Origin: an uncultured Gammaproteobacteria bacterium
GTDB taxonomy: Bacteria > Patescibacteriota > Microgenomatia > UBA8517
Length of the DNA stretch: 64,000 nt
Reading direction: 5' to 3'
NCBI GenBank assembly: GCA_964600575.1
Contig: CAZRJH010000005.1
Span: 8,040 to 72,039 of the forward strand
Position 1 is the stretch's first letter. Each line of letters begins with the position of its first letter. Positions 1-9,527 of this stretch are shown piece by piece. A program made the position numbers and the translations under genes. The notes beneath the pieces are model-generated. The model was given only the letters and a program-made list of their open reading frames with translations. It had not been told where the DNA came from and searched no databases.

Positions 1-843
1 ACACTTCTTAAAGATGCAGGTTACCAACCATTCGTCTTAACAAAAAAAACTTATGTAGGCGGTGGAGTTTTTGACGGTGTCTGGAAATTTGACGGAGAGA
101 ACTTTGAGATTTTAGAAGAAAAAGTAAAAATGGATTTGGTCTACGATAGAAGTGCAGGCGTCAGCTTCCCGCCAAAAGATGACGGATGCATTTGGGTCAA
201 CAGAATCGATTTTAAAACCCTTTGTTGGGATAAGTGGGCTGGTTACGGAGAAATCGGGGAATATATGCCGCAAACCGTTTTGGTGGAGTCAGAAAACGAC
301 ATCGCAAAAGCCTGCGAAGAAATAAAAACAGATTGGATAGTTTTAAAACCGTTTAACGGATTAAAAGGTCTAGGTGTCTTTATAGGACCAAAAGACGAAG
401 CTGTAAAATTTCGCTTCCCCGAGAAATATAAAAAATATATCGCTCAGGAGTTTGTCGATACTTCCAAGGGAATAGTCGGAGTTACTCCCGAAAAACACGA
501 TTTGCGGGTTGCCGTTGTTAACGGGGAGGTTGTCTGGTGCCACGTAAGAGTTCCCGCAGAAGGGACTTTTCTTGCAAACGCGGCACAGGGGGGGAATTTG
601 ACGGAGGTAAATTACAATGCAGTTCCTTCGGAAATCAAAAGGGTTGTAGAAAAAGTATCCAAGATGTTTTACGAAAAATATGACAATCCGATATTCAGTT
701 TGGATTTTGGAATGAATTTTGACGGCAGGCCGTTAATATTCGAGATCAATGATCAGATAGGTTTTCCTAAGTGGGAAATGGAAAACAGAGATGTATTTTT
801 AAATGGTTTGGTTGCTAATTTCTCACATAAATTAGAAGAGTGA
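1..843 (+). CDS. RimK/GshB-family ATP-grasp ligase (5-prime partial; the frame is open from base 1)
   Basis: The frame of ORF 130..843 has no stop back to position 1, so the real start lies before the window. ATP-grasp motifs are present (DKW...L, LKPFNGLKGLGV, QEFV, FEINDQIGFP). Confidence 0.6.
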   Translation, partial: TLLKDAGYQPFVLTKKTYVGGGVFDGVWKFDGENFEILEEKVKMDLVYDRSAGVSFPPKDDGCIWVNRIDFKTLCWDKWAGYGEIGEYMPQTVLVESENDIAKACEEIKTDWIVLKPFNGLKGLGVFIGPKDEAVKFRFPEKYKKYIAQEFVDTSKGIVGVTPEKHDLRVAVVNGEVVWCHVRVPAEGTFLANAAQGGNLTEVNYNAVPSEIKRVVEKVSKMFYEKYDNPIFSLDFGMNFDGRPLIFEINDQIGFPKWEMENRDVFLNGLVANFSHKLEE

Positions 844-867
844 TACAATCGCTTTGCAAAAATAAAA

Positions 868-1434
868 ATGGAAAAAATAATCGATAGAACACCGGAAAGA
901 AATTTGGAAACTTTTAACAAATGGCTTAAGAACTTATCGGTGGAGGGAAAGGTGGAAGAGATAGATGCGGCCATCGTCCGTAATGTTTTAGAAATGGCCG
1001 GGGCAAATTTTGAGATAGGGGAGGTAGAACATAAATCGCTTGGTAAATATTCCAATAAAGGTAAAAGAGAGGGGTTGGACGCGGTTTGGGGAAAAGATAA
1101 AGTTGATACTTTTAAAACCTGGATAATCGGCGAATACATTCCTTACATCGAAAAATTTGCAGGGAGGGAACTCCATACACTTTATGATAGGGCCACCGAC
1201 ACTTACGACGATATTAAGCATTCGGGAATGATGCAGTTTTTTGGAGAGTTAACGGCTTTTGCCGCGGGTCAAATATCTTTTGAAAAATATCAGAGAATCA
1301 CCGAAAACCGATATAAAAAAGGAAAGACTTGGCAGTACGGAAATCGTGAAGAAATATATGAACCAAGCAAAAATGCAGCCTTTCCGGTAGACTTTCCCGT
1401 GAAGGCTATAGATAGGTTAAATGCCTCATTTTAG
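868..1434 (+). CDS. hypothetical protein
   Basis: 188-aa ORF with no recognisable motif; compact spacing after the upstream gene. Confidence 0.4.
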   Translation: MEKIIDRTPERNLETFNKWLKNLSVEGKVEEIDAAIVRNVLEMAGANFEIGEVEHKSLGKYSNKGKREGLDAVWGKDKVDTFKTWIIGEYIPYIEKFAGRELHTLYDRATDTYDDIKHSGMMQFFGELTAFAAGQISFEKYQRITENRYKKGKTWQYGNREEIYEPSKNAAFPVDFPVKAIDRLNASF

Positions 1435-1544
1435 GGTTATTTTATTACTTCTGAACACATACTTAGAACTGCATTGTGTGAAAATGTCGATGCTTTCACG
1501 GACCGAACAAAATACGAATAATATTTTGAATAGCAAATTTACCC

Positions 1545-1573
1545 CACAAAAAATCCCACCTATTCGGTGGGAT
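1545..1573 (-). terminator. rho-independent terminator after rplL
   Basis: Inverted repeat tcccacc/ggtggga with a 6-nt loop. An A-run on the plus strand gives a T-run on minus, directly downstream of the rplL stop. Confidence 0.5.
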
Positions 1574-1598
1574 AATTTGTTGTCAGCTCAAGTTTTTA

Positions 1599-2003
1599 TT
1601 ACTTAAGCTCGACAGTTGCTCCGGCGGCTTTAAGCTTTTCGCTAGCTGCCTTTGCGTCTTCCGCTTTTGCATCTTTCAAGATCTCTGCGGGAACCGCTTC
1701 GGTCATTCCTTTAGCATCCATAAGAGTCAAGTTTTGGTTGATCTCACGGAGTGCTTTAATAACGCCGATTTTGTTTGCACCAGCGCTCGTCATAACGACT
1801 GTTTGGTTTCCACCTTCTTCTGCTGCGGGTGCTGCTGCTGCTCCTGCTGCTGCGGGTGCTGCTGCTGCGGCTACGGGCATTGCCGTAACACCGAGTTTGT
1901 CTTGTAAAGCATTAACGAGTTCAGAAAGCTCGAGAACTGTGAGTCCGGAAACTTCCTCAACTAATTTTTCTACTTTTGCGGATAATTTAACTTCGTCTGC
2001 CAT
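1599..2003 (-). CDS. rplL: 50S ribosomal protein L7/L12
   Basis: Ala-rich hinge (AAAAPAAAGAAAAPAAEE) and C-terminal domain GVIKALREI...EKLKAAGATVELK. Confidence 0.95.
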   Translation of the reverse strand: MADEVKLSAKVEKLVEEVSGLTVLELSELVNALQDKLGVTAMPVAAAAAPAAAGAAAAPAAEEGGNQTVVMTSAGANKIGVIKALREINQNLTLMDAKGMTEAVPAEILKDAKAEDAKAASEKLKAAGATVELK

Positions 2004-2019
2004 AATTAATTCACCTCCT

Positions 2020-2541
2020 TTATTGTTTTTTGCTGGCCTGATCTAATATGTAAACCAGCTTCTGCATGTTTGCATTCAATGTTCCTACTATTCCATACTG
2101 GGGTGCAATAAGGGCTCCAAGAACCTGTGCCAAAAGGGCATCGCGGCCGGGGAGTGTAGAAAGTTTTGTAAGATTTTCTTCGTTTTGGAACATGCCTTCG
2201 ACAACTCCGACTTTAAATTTGGGTTTGTCGTTTTCCTTAGAAAATTTACCAAGAACTTGGATAGGAGCAACTGCGTCTGCGTCAGCAATAACCAAGGCTG
2301 TTTGACCTGAAAGAACTGTGTCGGTTAAAACTTGTTCGTCGATTTTAGCAGCTTCTGCGGCACGCTTGAGTAGGGTATTTTTGACAACTACCATCCTGCC
2401 GCCAACTTCGGAAAGTTTGGCTTTAAGATCTTGTTGGGCTTTAACAGAGAGGCCTGAATAATTTACGAGGACCAAAGATTTAGCATCTTTAAGCTCCTTT
2501 GTTAGGTCTTCTACAAATGTTACTTTTTCTGCTTTTTTCAT
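2020..2541 (-). CDS. rplJ: 50S ribosomal protein L10
   Basis: N-terminal KAEKV..V..L...L..A.SLVLVNYSGLSV and MVVVKNTLLKRA; positioned upstream of rplL. Confidence 0.95.
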   Translation of the reverse strand: MKKAEKVTFVEDLTKELKDAKSLVLVNYSGLSVKAQQDLKAKLSEVGGRMVVVKNTLLKRAAEAAKIDEQVLTDTVLSGQTALVIADADAVAPIQVLGKFSKENDKPKFKVGVVEGMFQNEENLTKLSTLPGRDALLAQVLGALIAPQYGIVGTLNANMQKLVYILDQASKKQ

Positions 2542-2701
2542 AATAATCAGATTGTTATATAAATCCAGCGGAGTTAAAAAGAAGTCTTTTTGCCTCCAGC
2601 GTGACTTACAATGCGAAGCAGTGCCAAGCTCTGCTTATAGTTATGCGCGCTTTCTTAGGACAAAGGAAGTATAGCAGGGTATATGGGCGTAGGCAAGGGG
2701 A
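2542..2701 (-). promoter_or_regulatory. candidate L10 leader (long structured 5-prime UTR of rplJ)
   Basis: 160-nt non-coding gap upstream of rplJ containing the hairpin aagcag...ctgctt. L10(L12)4 autoregulatory leaders occupy this position in bacteria. Confidence 0.3.
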
Positions 2702-3130
2702 TTAACCGTCGGTTCTAGCCCGTTTAATAGTCTTAACATAGTCAATATCTCTTTGGTCAGTCATATCCAGGCCCTGCGAGACTGCTTGATCATAATCTGC
2801 TCTGTTCAAACCAGTGTAATCCAGCCCTTTAGGTTGGGCGTCCATTTGGCCAATCTGCACAGTCGCCCTACCTACTTTTCGACGATAGTCCTCGACTGTT
2901 ACTTTTCCACGGCGTGGGGCATTACTTTCGGACAATTGCTTGTCGGTCAGTTTTGTGCCTGTATGCTCTCTTAAACCATCCGTTTTTACGGTAACGGGGT
3001 GCCAATTTGCCCAAGCTTCATTTGAGTTAATTTCTCCGATTTCGTTGTCCACCTGATTTTGTTCGGTTATTCCGCCTGTGTCGAGCGGGTTGGGGTTTGC
3101 ATCTTGAATTTTTTGATTATCGTCCATCAT
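2702..3130 (-). CDS. hypothetical protein inserted between rplA and rplJ
   Basis: 142-aa ORF; its start overlaps the stop of the upstream ORF (ATGA coupling). No motif recognised. Confidence 0.5.
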   Translation of the reverse strand: MMDDNQKIQDANPNPLDTGGITEQNQVDNEIGEINSNEAWANWHPVTVKTDGLREHTGTKLTDKQLSESNAPRRGKVTVEDYRRKVGRATVQIGQMDAQPKGLDYTGLNRADYDQAVSQGLDMTDQRDIDYVKTIKRARTDG

Positions 3131-3756
3131 TCCTTAAAAGGTTTTGTTTCAATAATCGGCAGGGCTTTGTAGGTACCTCTCTCCATGGCCAAACTGGGCA
3201 CAAGTTCAACATACACATTTTCGAACTTGGATGAAGGAAGCGCTACCTGATCACGATTAAAAACGCTTTCCGCTTGTGGAGTTTCTTCTGGCGAAATTGT
3301 TTTGTAATACATCGGTCCGTGTGGACCCTCGACTTTTAAAAGCGATGTTCCATTCATTCCATCTACTAGTGCAGGATAAAATGAAGGACTCATTGTTCTT
3401 GGATCTTTGCCTTGGACTGTGTGAACCAGATCGACTACTCTTATTGCGTGTTTGGAGGGGTCTCCAACCATGTTCATTCTGGTAACTTGGAAGATTCTTC
3501 TCTCGCCTTTAAAGTGCTCGTTGTCTTCGGGTTGGGGTATGGACTCTGACTGGGGTTCCTCAACAACCTGTTTGGATTGACTTTCTTTTAGCGCTTCTGC
3601 AGCTTTTCTTTCATCTTCTATTTGTTCACCTCTAGTTTTTTCGTTAGGAATAAATGGTTTGTGATTGGCAATTGTTTCGTTCCAAAACTCTTCCTCCATT
3701 TTTGTTCCGGTTTGTTCAACTATCTGATCATGAAATGATGCACCTTCTTCGGCCAT
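3127..3756 (-). CDS. hypothetical protein inserted between rplA and rplJ
   Basis: 209-aa ORF, acidic/Lys-rich N-terminus, translationally coupled to 2702..3130. Confidence 0.5.
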   Translation of the reverse strand: MAEEGASFHDQIVEQTGTKMEEEFWNETIANHKPFIPNEKTRGEQIEDERKAAEALKESQSKQVVEEPQSESIPQPEDNEHFKGERRIFQVTRMNMVGDPSKHAIRVVDLVHTVQGKDPRTMSPSFYPALVDGMNGTSLLKVEGPHGPMYYKTISPEETPQAESVFNRDQVALPSSKFENVYVELVPSLAMERGTYKALPIIETKPFKE

Positions 3757-3801
3757 AATAAATCCATAGTAGGGAATTTCGTGAAAATTGTCAAAAGGGG
3801 G

Positions 3802-4578
3802 TTAGTTTATAGCCAATTTAACACTGGGGGACATTGTAGACTTAAGGTAGCCGCGAACGATGCTTCTCGCGCCTCCTAGAGCCTTTAGAATGGCTTCTAC
3901 ATTCTCTTTTATCTCTGTATCGGCTTGGCTATTTTTGCCGACTACAGTATGAACCAGGGGGGCTTCCTTTTCTGTCTTTATGGTTACCGCAGATGCCGAA
4001 AATCCTTTGGCTTTTTTAGGGTCGGCAACTAATGTTCCGTTTTTGGGGTTAGGCATTAAGCCTTTGGGTCCTAAAACTCTTGCAAAAGGAACAAGTTTAG
4101 GCATCATGTCAGGTGTGGCGACAAGTACATCAAAGTCGATTTTGCCTGCTTTAATTCTTTCGATTGTTTCGTCTGTCGCGATTTCTACTCTTTTTTCTTT
4201 TCCTGCGGTGTGGGGTAGGTTAACCTGTACACTTACGCCGACTTTTTTAACAACCAAGTGTAATTCCATTGTGCCGTCGAATTTGGAATAGGAGGTCTCT
4301 TTTACCAAAGAAATTGCTTTATCTAAGGGGTAGAGTTTGCCTGCTTCTATTTTGGCTTTAACTCCATGGTATTTTTGTGATCTAACCTTTTCTTTACCGG
4401 GTTTTTTGGATTCTTGAACTTCGGCAGACTCGGTAACAGGTGTTTCGGTTGTTTCTGTATCCACCATTTTCACGCGTGCGCCGCCTTTGAGTCCGCTAAT
4501 GTGGACTTTGTTTTCGTCTGCTTTTGTTGCCTGTTTGTGTTTGTCGTCGTTTTTTGACATATTAGTCGGTTTTGACAC
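3802..4578 (-). CDS. rplA: 50S ribosomal protein L1 (with about 55-aa Lys/Glu-rich N-terminal extension; start uncertain)
   Basis: Core matches L1 (LVATPDMMPKLVPFARVLGPKGLMPNPKNGT). The ORF overlaps the rplK 3-prime end. Confidence 0.9.
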   Translation of the reverse strand: MSKPTNMSKNDDKHKQATKADENKVHISGLKGGARVKMVDTETTETPVTESAEVQESKKPGKEKVRSQKYHGVKAKIEAGKLYPLDKAISLVKETSYSKFDGTMELHLVVKKVGVSVQVNLPHTAGKEKRVEIATDETIERIKAGKIDFDVLVATPDMMPKLVPFARVLGPKGLMPNPKNGTLVADPKKAKGFSASAVTIKTEKEAPLVHTVVGKNSQADTEIKENVEAILKALGGARSIVRGYLKSTMSPSVKLAIN

Positions 4579-4984
4579 CCATGCTTCTGGCTGTTCCTTC
4601 TACTATTTTCATTGCTGCTTCTACATTTTTTGTGTTCAAGTCGTCCATCTTATCTTCTGCAATAGCTTTAACTTGGTCTTTTGTAAGTTTTCCGGCTGTT
4701 TCTCTGGGGGTTTTACCTGAACCCTTTTCTATGCCTAAAGTCTTTTTGATCATGTCTGCGACAGGGGCTTTTTTGATTACAAAATCAAAACTTCTGTCTT
4801 CGTAGATTGTAATAACGGCGGGAACAACTTGTCCGCGCATATCTTTGGTTTTGTCGTTATATGCCTTAACAAACTCCATGATGGCTACACCATGCTGACC
4901 AAGAGCTGTTCCAACCGGAGGGGCGGGAGTTGCCTCTGCAGCCTTAAGGTTGATTTTTACGACTACTTTGATTTTTTTTGCCAT
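4562..4984 (-). CDS. rplK: 50S ribosomal protein L11
   Basis: Internal Met gives MAKKIKVVVKINLKAAEATPAPPVGTALGQHGV, the L11 signature. The ORF-track start at 5089 is an over-extension. Confidence 0.9.
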   Translation of the reverse strand: MAKKIKVVVKINLKAAEATPAPPVGTALGQHGVAIMEFVKAYNDKTKDMRGQVVPAVITIYEDRSFDFVIKKAPVADMIKKTLGIEKGSGKTPRETAGKLTKDQVKAIAEDKMDDLNTKNVEAAMKIVEGTARSMGVKTD

Positions 4985-5156
4985 ATTTATAAAAAGTTGG
5001 TACGCAAAAAGGGAAACTAACTGAAGTTTCGACCTTTCGACCAGCTCAAGGCTAGCTTTGCGTCTGCCACAAATTAATGTGGTATGCAAACTATATCACG
5101 CATGAGCAGAAATATCAAATGCTTAAGTTTAAAAAAACCGAGGGTTGAAGCCGAAA

Positions 5157-6416
5157 TTACCAAGGGGTAACCGTTAATACAAAGCTCTTTGAAGTTACTC
5201 CACCAGCCTGATCTCTGGCGGTTACCTTTATTTTAAATATTCCAAATCTGCGGGGGGCAATTCCCGAATATGTACAGTTATAAGTTTTTCTTTGTGCCGA
5301 AACATTTGTTGTGCAAGTCACATTGTTCAACCACGAAGGTAGTCCTGTTGTGTTGATTGCCACTGTATCGTTTATGTTTACGTCGTATACAGATATATTC
5401 ATGGAATATCTTCTGCCTCCGTGAGCAATTGGAAGGCTTCTTGTGGTTATAACGGGTGCAACATTAGCCACTGGTGATGGTGTCGGGCTAGGAGTTGCCG
5501 ATGCACTAGGAGTAGGCGTAGATGTAGCTATAGGCGTAGGTGTCGGGGACATACTCGGTGTTGGTGTAGGTGTTCCGTAGTTACCCAAGACATTTGCTAC
5601 TGCATAGTAGTTGTCAAAAAAACCTGTGGTAGCAGGATATGCGCCGGAGTTTTCTACAACAAGCCTGGGGAATGTTCCGTCACCGTTAAGGGGTGAATAT
5701 AGCATATCAAGAATGTTTACAAATGTGCTTGAGGTTCCGTCGTAGAGGTATACAAGAAATTCGTTGCCCGTTCTTTGTAGCTTAACCCTCTGAGGAGAAT
5801 TGAGCTGTATAGGTCTGGATACAATTTTTGTGGAATTGGCGGGTGTGTTGTCAGGGCTGGTCCAGACTTCTATAAATTCGGATGAACCGACTTTTGAACG
5901 TCTAACGGATATTGACCCAGCCGGGGAAAACTTAAGCTCTTGCCATCCGCTTTCTGTACTTATGCCAAGAAGATCAACTTCAACCGAGAAATCACCCGTT
6001 ATCTGGGGGATTTGGTAATTAATAAGTGCCTGAACAACAATATCGTTTCCGCCGACTCCGTCTGCGCCCACAGGAACATCTGATCTCAATCTTTGGTTAT
6101 CAATACTTGCCATAGATCCCATGGTTCCGGACCAATTCCACTTGGAAGGATCCAATTGGTTAAACGGTTCATAAATGGTGACTTGTGTAATAGGCCTTGG
6201 TGTAGGCGTGGGTGTAGATGTCCAAACGGGCGTAGGTGTAGGGCTTGGTGTAAAAGGCGGCGTTACAGGAATGGTGGGTGTAGGTGTAACAGGGGAAGTG
6301 ACAGGCGAGGTTATAGGGAATGCTCCATAAGCACGTGAGGCCGTAAGAGTGAATAATGGTAATATTATTGTGGAAAACAAAACGGCATAGACGCCCGCTT
6401 TTGAATTTAATCTCAT
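5157..6416 (-). CDS. secreted surface protein with Pro/Thr-rich linkers and C-terminal Ig-like domain
   Basis: N-terminal signal peptide, TPTPTP linkers at both ends, C-terminal beta-rich module. Confidence 0.6.
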   Translation of the reverse strand: MRLNSKAGVYAVLFSTIILPLFTLTASRAYGAFPITSPVTSPVTPTPTIPVTPPFTPSPTPTPVWTSTPTPTPRPITQVTIYEPFNQLDPSKWNWSGTMGSMASIDNQRLRSDVPVGADGVGGNDIVVQALINYQIPQITGDFSVEVDLLGISTESGWQELKFSPAGSISVRRSKVGSSEFIEVWTSPDNTPANSTKIVSRPIQLNSPQRVKLQRTGNEFLVYLYDGTSSTFVNILDMLYSPLNGDGTFPRLVVENSGAYPATTGFFDNYYAVANVLGNYGTPTPTPSMSPTPTPIATSTPTPSASATPSPTPSPVANVAPVITTRSLPIAHGGRRYSMNISVYDVNINDTVAINTTGLPSWLNNVTCTTNVSAQRKTYNCTYSGIAPRRFGIFKIKVTARDQAGGVTSKSFVLTVTPW

Positions 6417-6417
6417 A

Positions 6418-7575
6418 ATGCGGAATTATAGGAGTTTTATTCTATTAAGTCAAATATTGTTTGCGTGCGTGATTTTAGTGTTCGGGAACTGGGCGGTTGT
6501 TACTTATGAGATACCAAAGGTTATTGTTTTTCAATGGGTCGTTCGTATTCTTGCCTTGATTTTGGCCTACTCATTTTTTAGAAAACCGCGTAAATGGAGA
6601 GTTGACCCTTTGCTTGCAAAAATGATTCTGACTTTTGTCGCGGTTGTGTTTGTAAGTGCTTTTTTTGGAGTCAATATTGCCAAAAGTTTTATTGGTAATT
6701 TTTACAGAGGCGACGGAATAGTAACTTTCTTGAGCTTGGTCGGCTTTTCTTTTATAGTTAGTTACTTTTGGAAAGAAGAATTTAATATCTACTTTGCCGA
6801 GGTCCTGTTTTGGGTCTCAACGCTTTTGGCGGGATTTTCATTGTTTTCTCCTTTTGTACCGCAACTTTCAAATATAAGTGCGGCAGGTTTCGGTAATTCC
6901 GTATTTTTAGCCGGATTTTTAGTCACAGCTTTACCTTTCTCTTTTTATTATGTGCGGGAAAATATCAAAAGGAGATTTATCTTTGGATTTATTGTTCAGG
7001 TAATTTCCTTGTTCTTTTTAAATGCAACCGCCTCTGTAATAGTACTTTTTGTATTCGTATTTTTGATACTAATGCGCTATGCAAAATCAAAAAGAAAAAA
7101 TCTTTTTGGCGCACTACTATTGCTATCGGGTTTGGCCATCGGACTTTTGTGGCTAAGAGATTACAGTATTCAGAGTTCAACTTCGTTAATAGCCGAAGGC
7201 AGGGCCAGAATATTTATAAACGGTTTACAGGGTTTTGCCCAAAGCTCGCTTTTGGGATACGGGTGGGCCAACTTTGACGCAGCCTTTCAAAAAGGAACAT
7301 GGCCTATGCGTTTAAATAACGATGTTTATGTAGACAAAGCGCATTCGGAGTTTCTGGAGGTCCTGGTTGCTACCGGTGCGATAGGTTTTTTGGCGTACCT
7401 TGCCTTTATTTACAACCTATATCGCAAACTTAAAACGGGTCTCAAGACCGATTGGGGCCATACTTTGTTTGCAGTATTTGTTATATATCTTCTACACTCT
7501 CAAACAAATGTAACCTCGATTACGGAGCAAATACTCTTCTGGTTTGTGGTCGGGGTTTCGCTACGAGAAATTTAG
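6418..7575 (+). CDS. O-antigen ligase/polymerase-like (Wzy_C family) membrane protein
   Basis: Multi-TM protein; motif DKAHSEFLEVLVATGAIGFLAYLAF matches the O-antigen ligase family. Confidence 0.6.
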   Translation: MRNYRSFILLSQILFACVILVFGNWAVVTYEIPKVIVFQWVVRILALILAYSFFRKPRKWRVDPLLAKMILTFVAVVFVSAFFGVNIAKSFIGNFYRGDGIVTFLSLVGFSFIVSYFWKEEFNIYFAEVLFWVSTLLAGFSLFSPFVPQLSNISAAGFGNSVFLAGFLVTALPFSFYYVRENIKRRFIFGFIVQVISLFFLNATASVIVLFVFVFLILMRYAKSKRKNLFGALLLLSGLAIGLLWLRDYSIQSSTSLIAEGRARIFINGLQGFAQSSLLGYGWANFDAAFQKGTWPMRLNNDVYVDKAHSEFLEVLVATGAIGFLAYLAFIYNLYRKLKTGLKTDWGHTLFAVFVIYLLHSQTNVTSITEQILFWFVVGVSLREI

Positions 7576-7605
7576 GCTTTTTTCTACGCTTAGAGTCAGA
7601 AGTGG

Positions 7606-8250
7606 TTACACTTTTGCTATCTGAAGAAAATCTAACTCAACCGGAGTTTCGCGGCCGAAGATGGAAACCAAAACTTTAACCTTACCTTTTTCTTCGTCCA
7701 TTTCGTGGATTGTTCCCAAAAAGTCAGAGAAAGGACCGTCTGTGATCTTGATTGCTTCTCCAACGGAGAATTTTGTTTTGAATCTGGGAGCTGGGGAGCT
7801 GACGAATTTTTGAATGTTGGCAACTTCGGTTTCGGACAATGGTGTGGGCTTGTTTCCTGCACCGACGAAGCCTGTGATTCCTGCTGTTGTGCGTACGGCA
7901 AGCCATGTGGGATCGTCCAAAATCATTTTAACCAAAAGATAACCCGGGAAGATTTTTTCTTTAACTGTGGCTTTTTTGCCTCCGCGGATAATCACTCTGT
8001 CCTGGGTGGGAACCAACATCTCGAATACCTTGCCTTGAAGATTCATAGTTTCTATTCTTTGTCTAAGGGTCTCCATAACTCTAATTTCGTGCCCGGATGA
8101 GGTGTGGACTACATACCACTTAGCATTTGGATCGGTTGTTTCGGATACGACAATATGACCGGGGATTTTCTTTTTCCCGGTTCCTCTTTCGTTAACTTCG
8201 ATTATGTCAGTTTTTTCGACTGGCGTGTCTGTTTTTTGTGAGTCGTCCAT
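7606..8250 (-). CDS. nusG: transcription termination/antitermination factor NusG (N-terminally extended)
   Basis: KWYVVHT...GHE, KOW motif, C-terminal ...KVLVSIFGRETPVELDF... Confidence 0.9.
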   Translation of the reverse strand: MDDSQKTDTPVEKTDIIEVNERGTGKKKIPGHIVVSETTDPNAKWYVVHTSSGHEIRVMETLRQRIETMNLQGKVFEMLVPTQDRVIIRGGKKATVKEKIFPGYLLVKMILDDPTWLAVRTTAGITGFVGAGNKPTPLSETEVANIQKFVSSPAPRFKTKFSVGEAIKITDGPFSDFLGTIHEMDEEKGKVKVLVSIFGRETPVELDFLQIAKV

Positions 8251-8474
8251 TATCTTGCAACTACTAAGGATAAGAGTCTGGTGAAGCCGTAGTCAAGACC
8301 TCCAACATAAAGTCCGAGTACCGCCGATACCAGTAATACTATCAAAGTAAGTTTGATTACGTCATTCCTACTTGGCCAAGTAACTTTTGTAAGTTCAGTT
8401 CTAACTTCGTTAATAAAAGAAGTTACTTGTTTCATCTCGAAGAGAATTGTATCAAATAAACTATGAGCGTACAA
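8250..8474 (-). CDS. secE: preprotein translocase subunit SecE
   Basis: Single TM with a SecE-like C-terminus (VTWPSRNDVIKLTLIVLLVSAVLG); its stop overlaps the nusG start. Confidence 0.75.
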   Translation of the reverse strand: MYAHSLFDTILFEMKQVTSFINEVRTELTKVTWPSRNDVIKLTLIVLLVSAVLGLYVGGLDYGFTRLLSLVVAR

Positions 8475-8500
8475 GAGCGGGAGTTTTAAGATGTTAGAAT

Positions 8501-9193
8501 TTGTTGATGAAAAATAGATTACCAGATTTTGAATATGAAACCAGGTTGTGGCAAAAGGGTTTAAAAATAATAGGTGGGGTAGACGAAGTCGGGAGAGGGG
8601 CGTTTGCGGGCCCTGTTGTTTGCGGGTGTGTGGTTTACGATTGCGAACGGGTTTTAAGAGACTGTGGGTTTCAAAGCGGGGTGTTAATAAACGACTCCAA
8701 AATGCTGAACCATAGGCAGCGATCTGCCGCTTCTAAATGGATAAAAGAAAATTCATTAAGTTGGGGCATCGGTATATCAAGTGTGTCCGAGATAAATAAC
8801 TACGGCATAGTAGGTGCTACAAATAGAGCATTTAGGCGGGCTATTATCCAAACATCAAAAAACATTGGCATCGTCTTTGATCACCTTTTGACCGACGCTT
8901 TTTTGATTCCCAACACAAAATATATTCCAAAGTCCAAACAAACGCCGATTATAAAAGGGGATAGTCTATCTGTAACCATTGCTTCCGCCTCCATCGTAGC
9001 CAAAGTTGAACGAGACCTGATTATGACCGAACTAGGGAATGCACCTGAATTTTCAGTATATTTTTGGCACAAAAACAAAGGTTACGGAACAAAGTCCCAT
9101 AGGCAAGCTATTAAAACACACGGAAAGTCCCTTCTACACAGAAAAAAGTTTGTGGATACCTGGGAGCTAAAGTCACAAAAAAGCAGAGCTTAA
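8501..9193 (+). CDS. rnhB: ribonuclease HII
   Basis: GVDEVGRGAFAGPVV and DSKML motifs. Confidence 0.85.
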   Translation: MLMKNRLPDFEYETRLWQKGLKIIGGVDEVGRGAFAGPVVCGCVVYDCERVLRDCGFQSGVLINDSKMLNHRQRSAASKWIKENSLSWGIGISSVSEINNYGIVGATNRAFRRAIIQTSKNIGIVFDHLLTDAFLIPNTKYIPKSKQTPIIKGDSLSVTIASASIVAKVERDLIMTELGNAPEFSVYFWHKNKGYGTKSHRQAIKTHGKSLLHRKKFVDTWELKSQKSRA

Positions 9194-9393
9194 TAATTTC
9201 GCTTTTTCTCCAGTTCTATCTGGTGTGCGATTCTGTATTTTTGCTCTTTTCTTTTTTCGGACGGTTTTTTGTAGTGTTCGCGGTCTCTAAATTCCTGCAA
9301 AACACCTTCCATAATAGTCTTTTTTCGGAATCTGGCGATGAGTTTGTCGTCGCTTTCTCCTTTTTTCTTTTTAATTATGAACATAAATTTCAC
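9190..9393 (-). CDS. rpsU: 30S ribosomal protein S21 (true start probably the second Met, MFIIKKKK)
   Basis: ...LIARFRKKTIMEGVLQEFRDREHYKKPSEKRK... aligns to S21. Confidence 0.8.
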   Translation of the reverse strand: MKFMFIIKKKKGESDDKLIARFRKKTIMEGVLQEFRDREHYKKPSEKRKEQKYRIAHQIELEKKRNY

Positions 9394-9527
9394 AAATATC
9401 TGTTCCCTTAATTCGAGGGAACATATTCGTATATTTTCGCCTCCTTCCTCTGAAGAACCAATTAAAGCCCTTCTAAATACTAACTGCTAATTGTACCACC
9501 CAAAAATATTTAGTCCAAGACCAGATT

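Noticed and set aside
1800-1870. GCT/GCG trinucleotide-rich tract that looks like a microsatellite
   Set aside because: It encodes the Ala-rich hinge of L7/L12 (AAAAPAAAGAAAAPAA) in frame; it is not a non-coding repeat.
753-2305. Antisense ORFs of 60-130 aa (753..1139, 988..1221, 1738..2046, 2066..2305, 2088..2288) opposite conserved genes
   Set aside because: They overlap well-supported genes (ATP-grasp, rplL, rplJ) on the other strand and have low-complexity translations typical of shadow ORFs. The same applies to most other short overlapping ORFs in the track.
5450-6300. ACN/CCN periodic DNA resembling tandem repeats
   Set aside because: It is codon-level periodicity of the Pro/Thr linker regions of the secreted protein 5157..6416; the units are imperfect and in frame. 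The Asn/Gly-coding run at about 10000..10060 is the same kind of thing.
9400-9425. Hairpin gttccct-taattcg-agggaac upstream of rpsU considered as a terminator
   Set aside because: There is no T-run on either side in the orientation of the flanking genes; it may be incidental or a weak regulatory stem. It is not reported as a feature.
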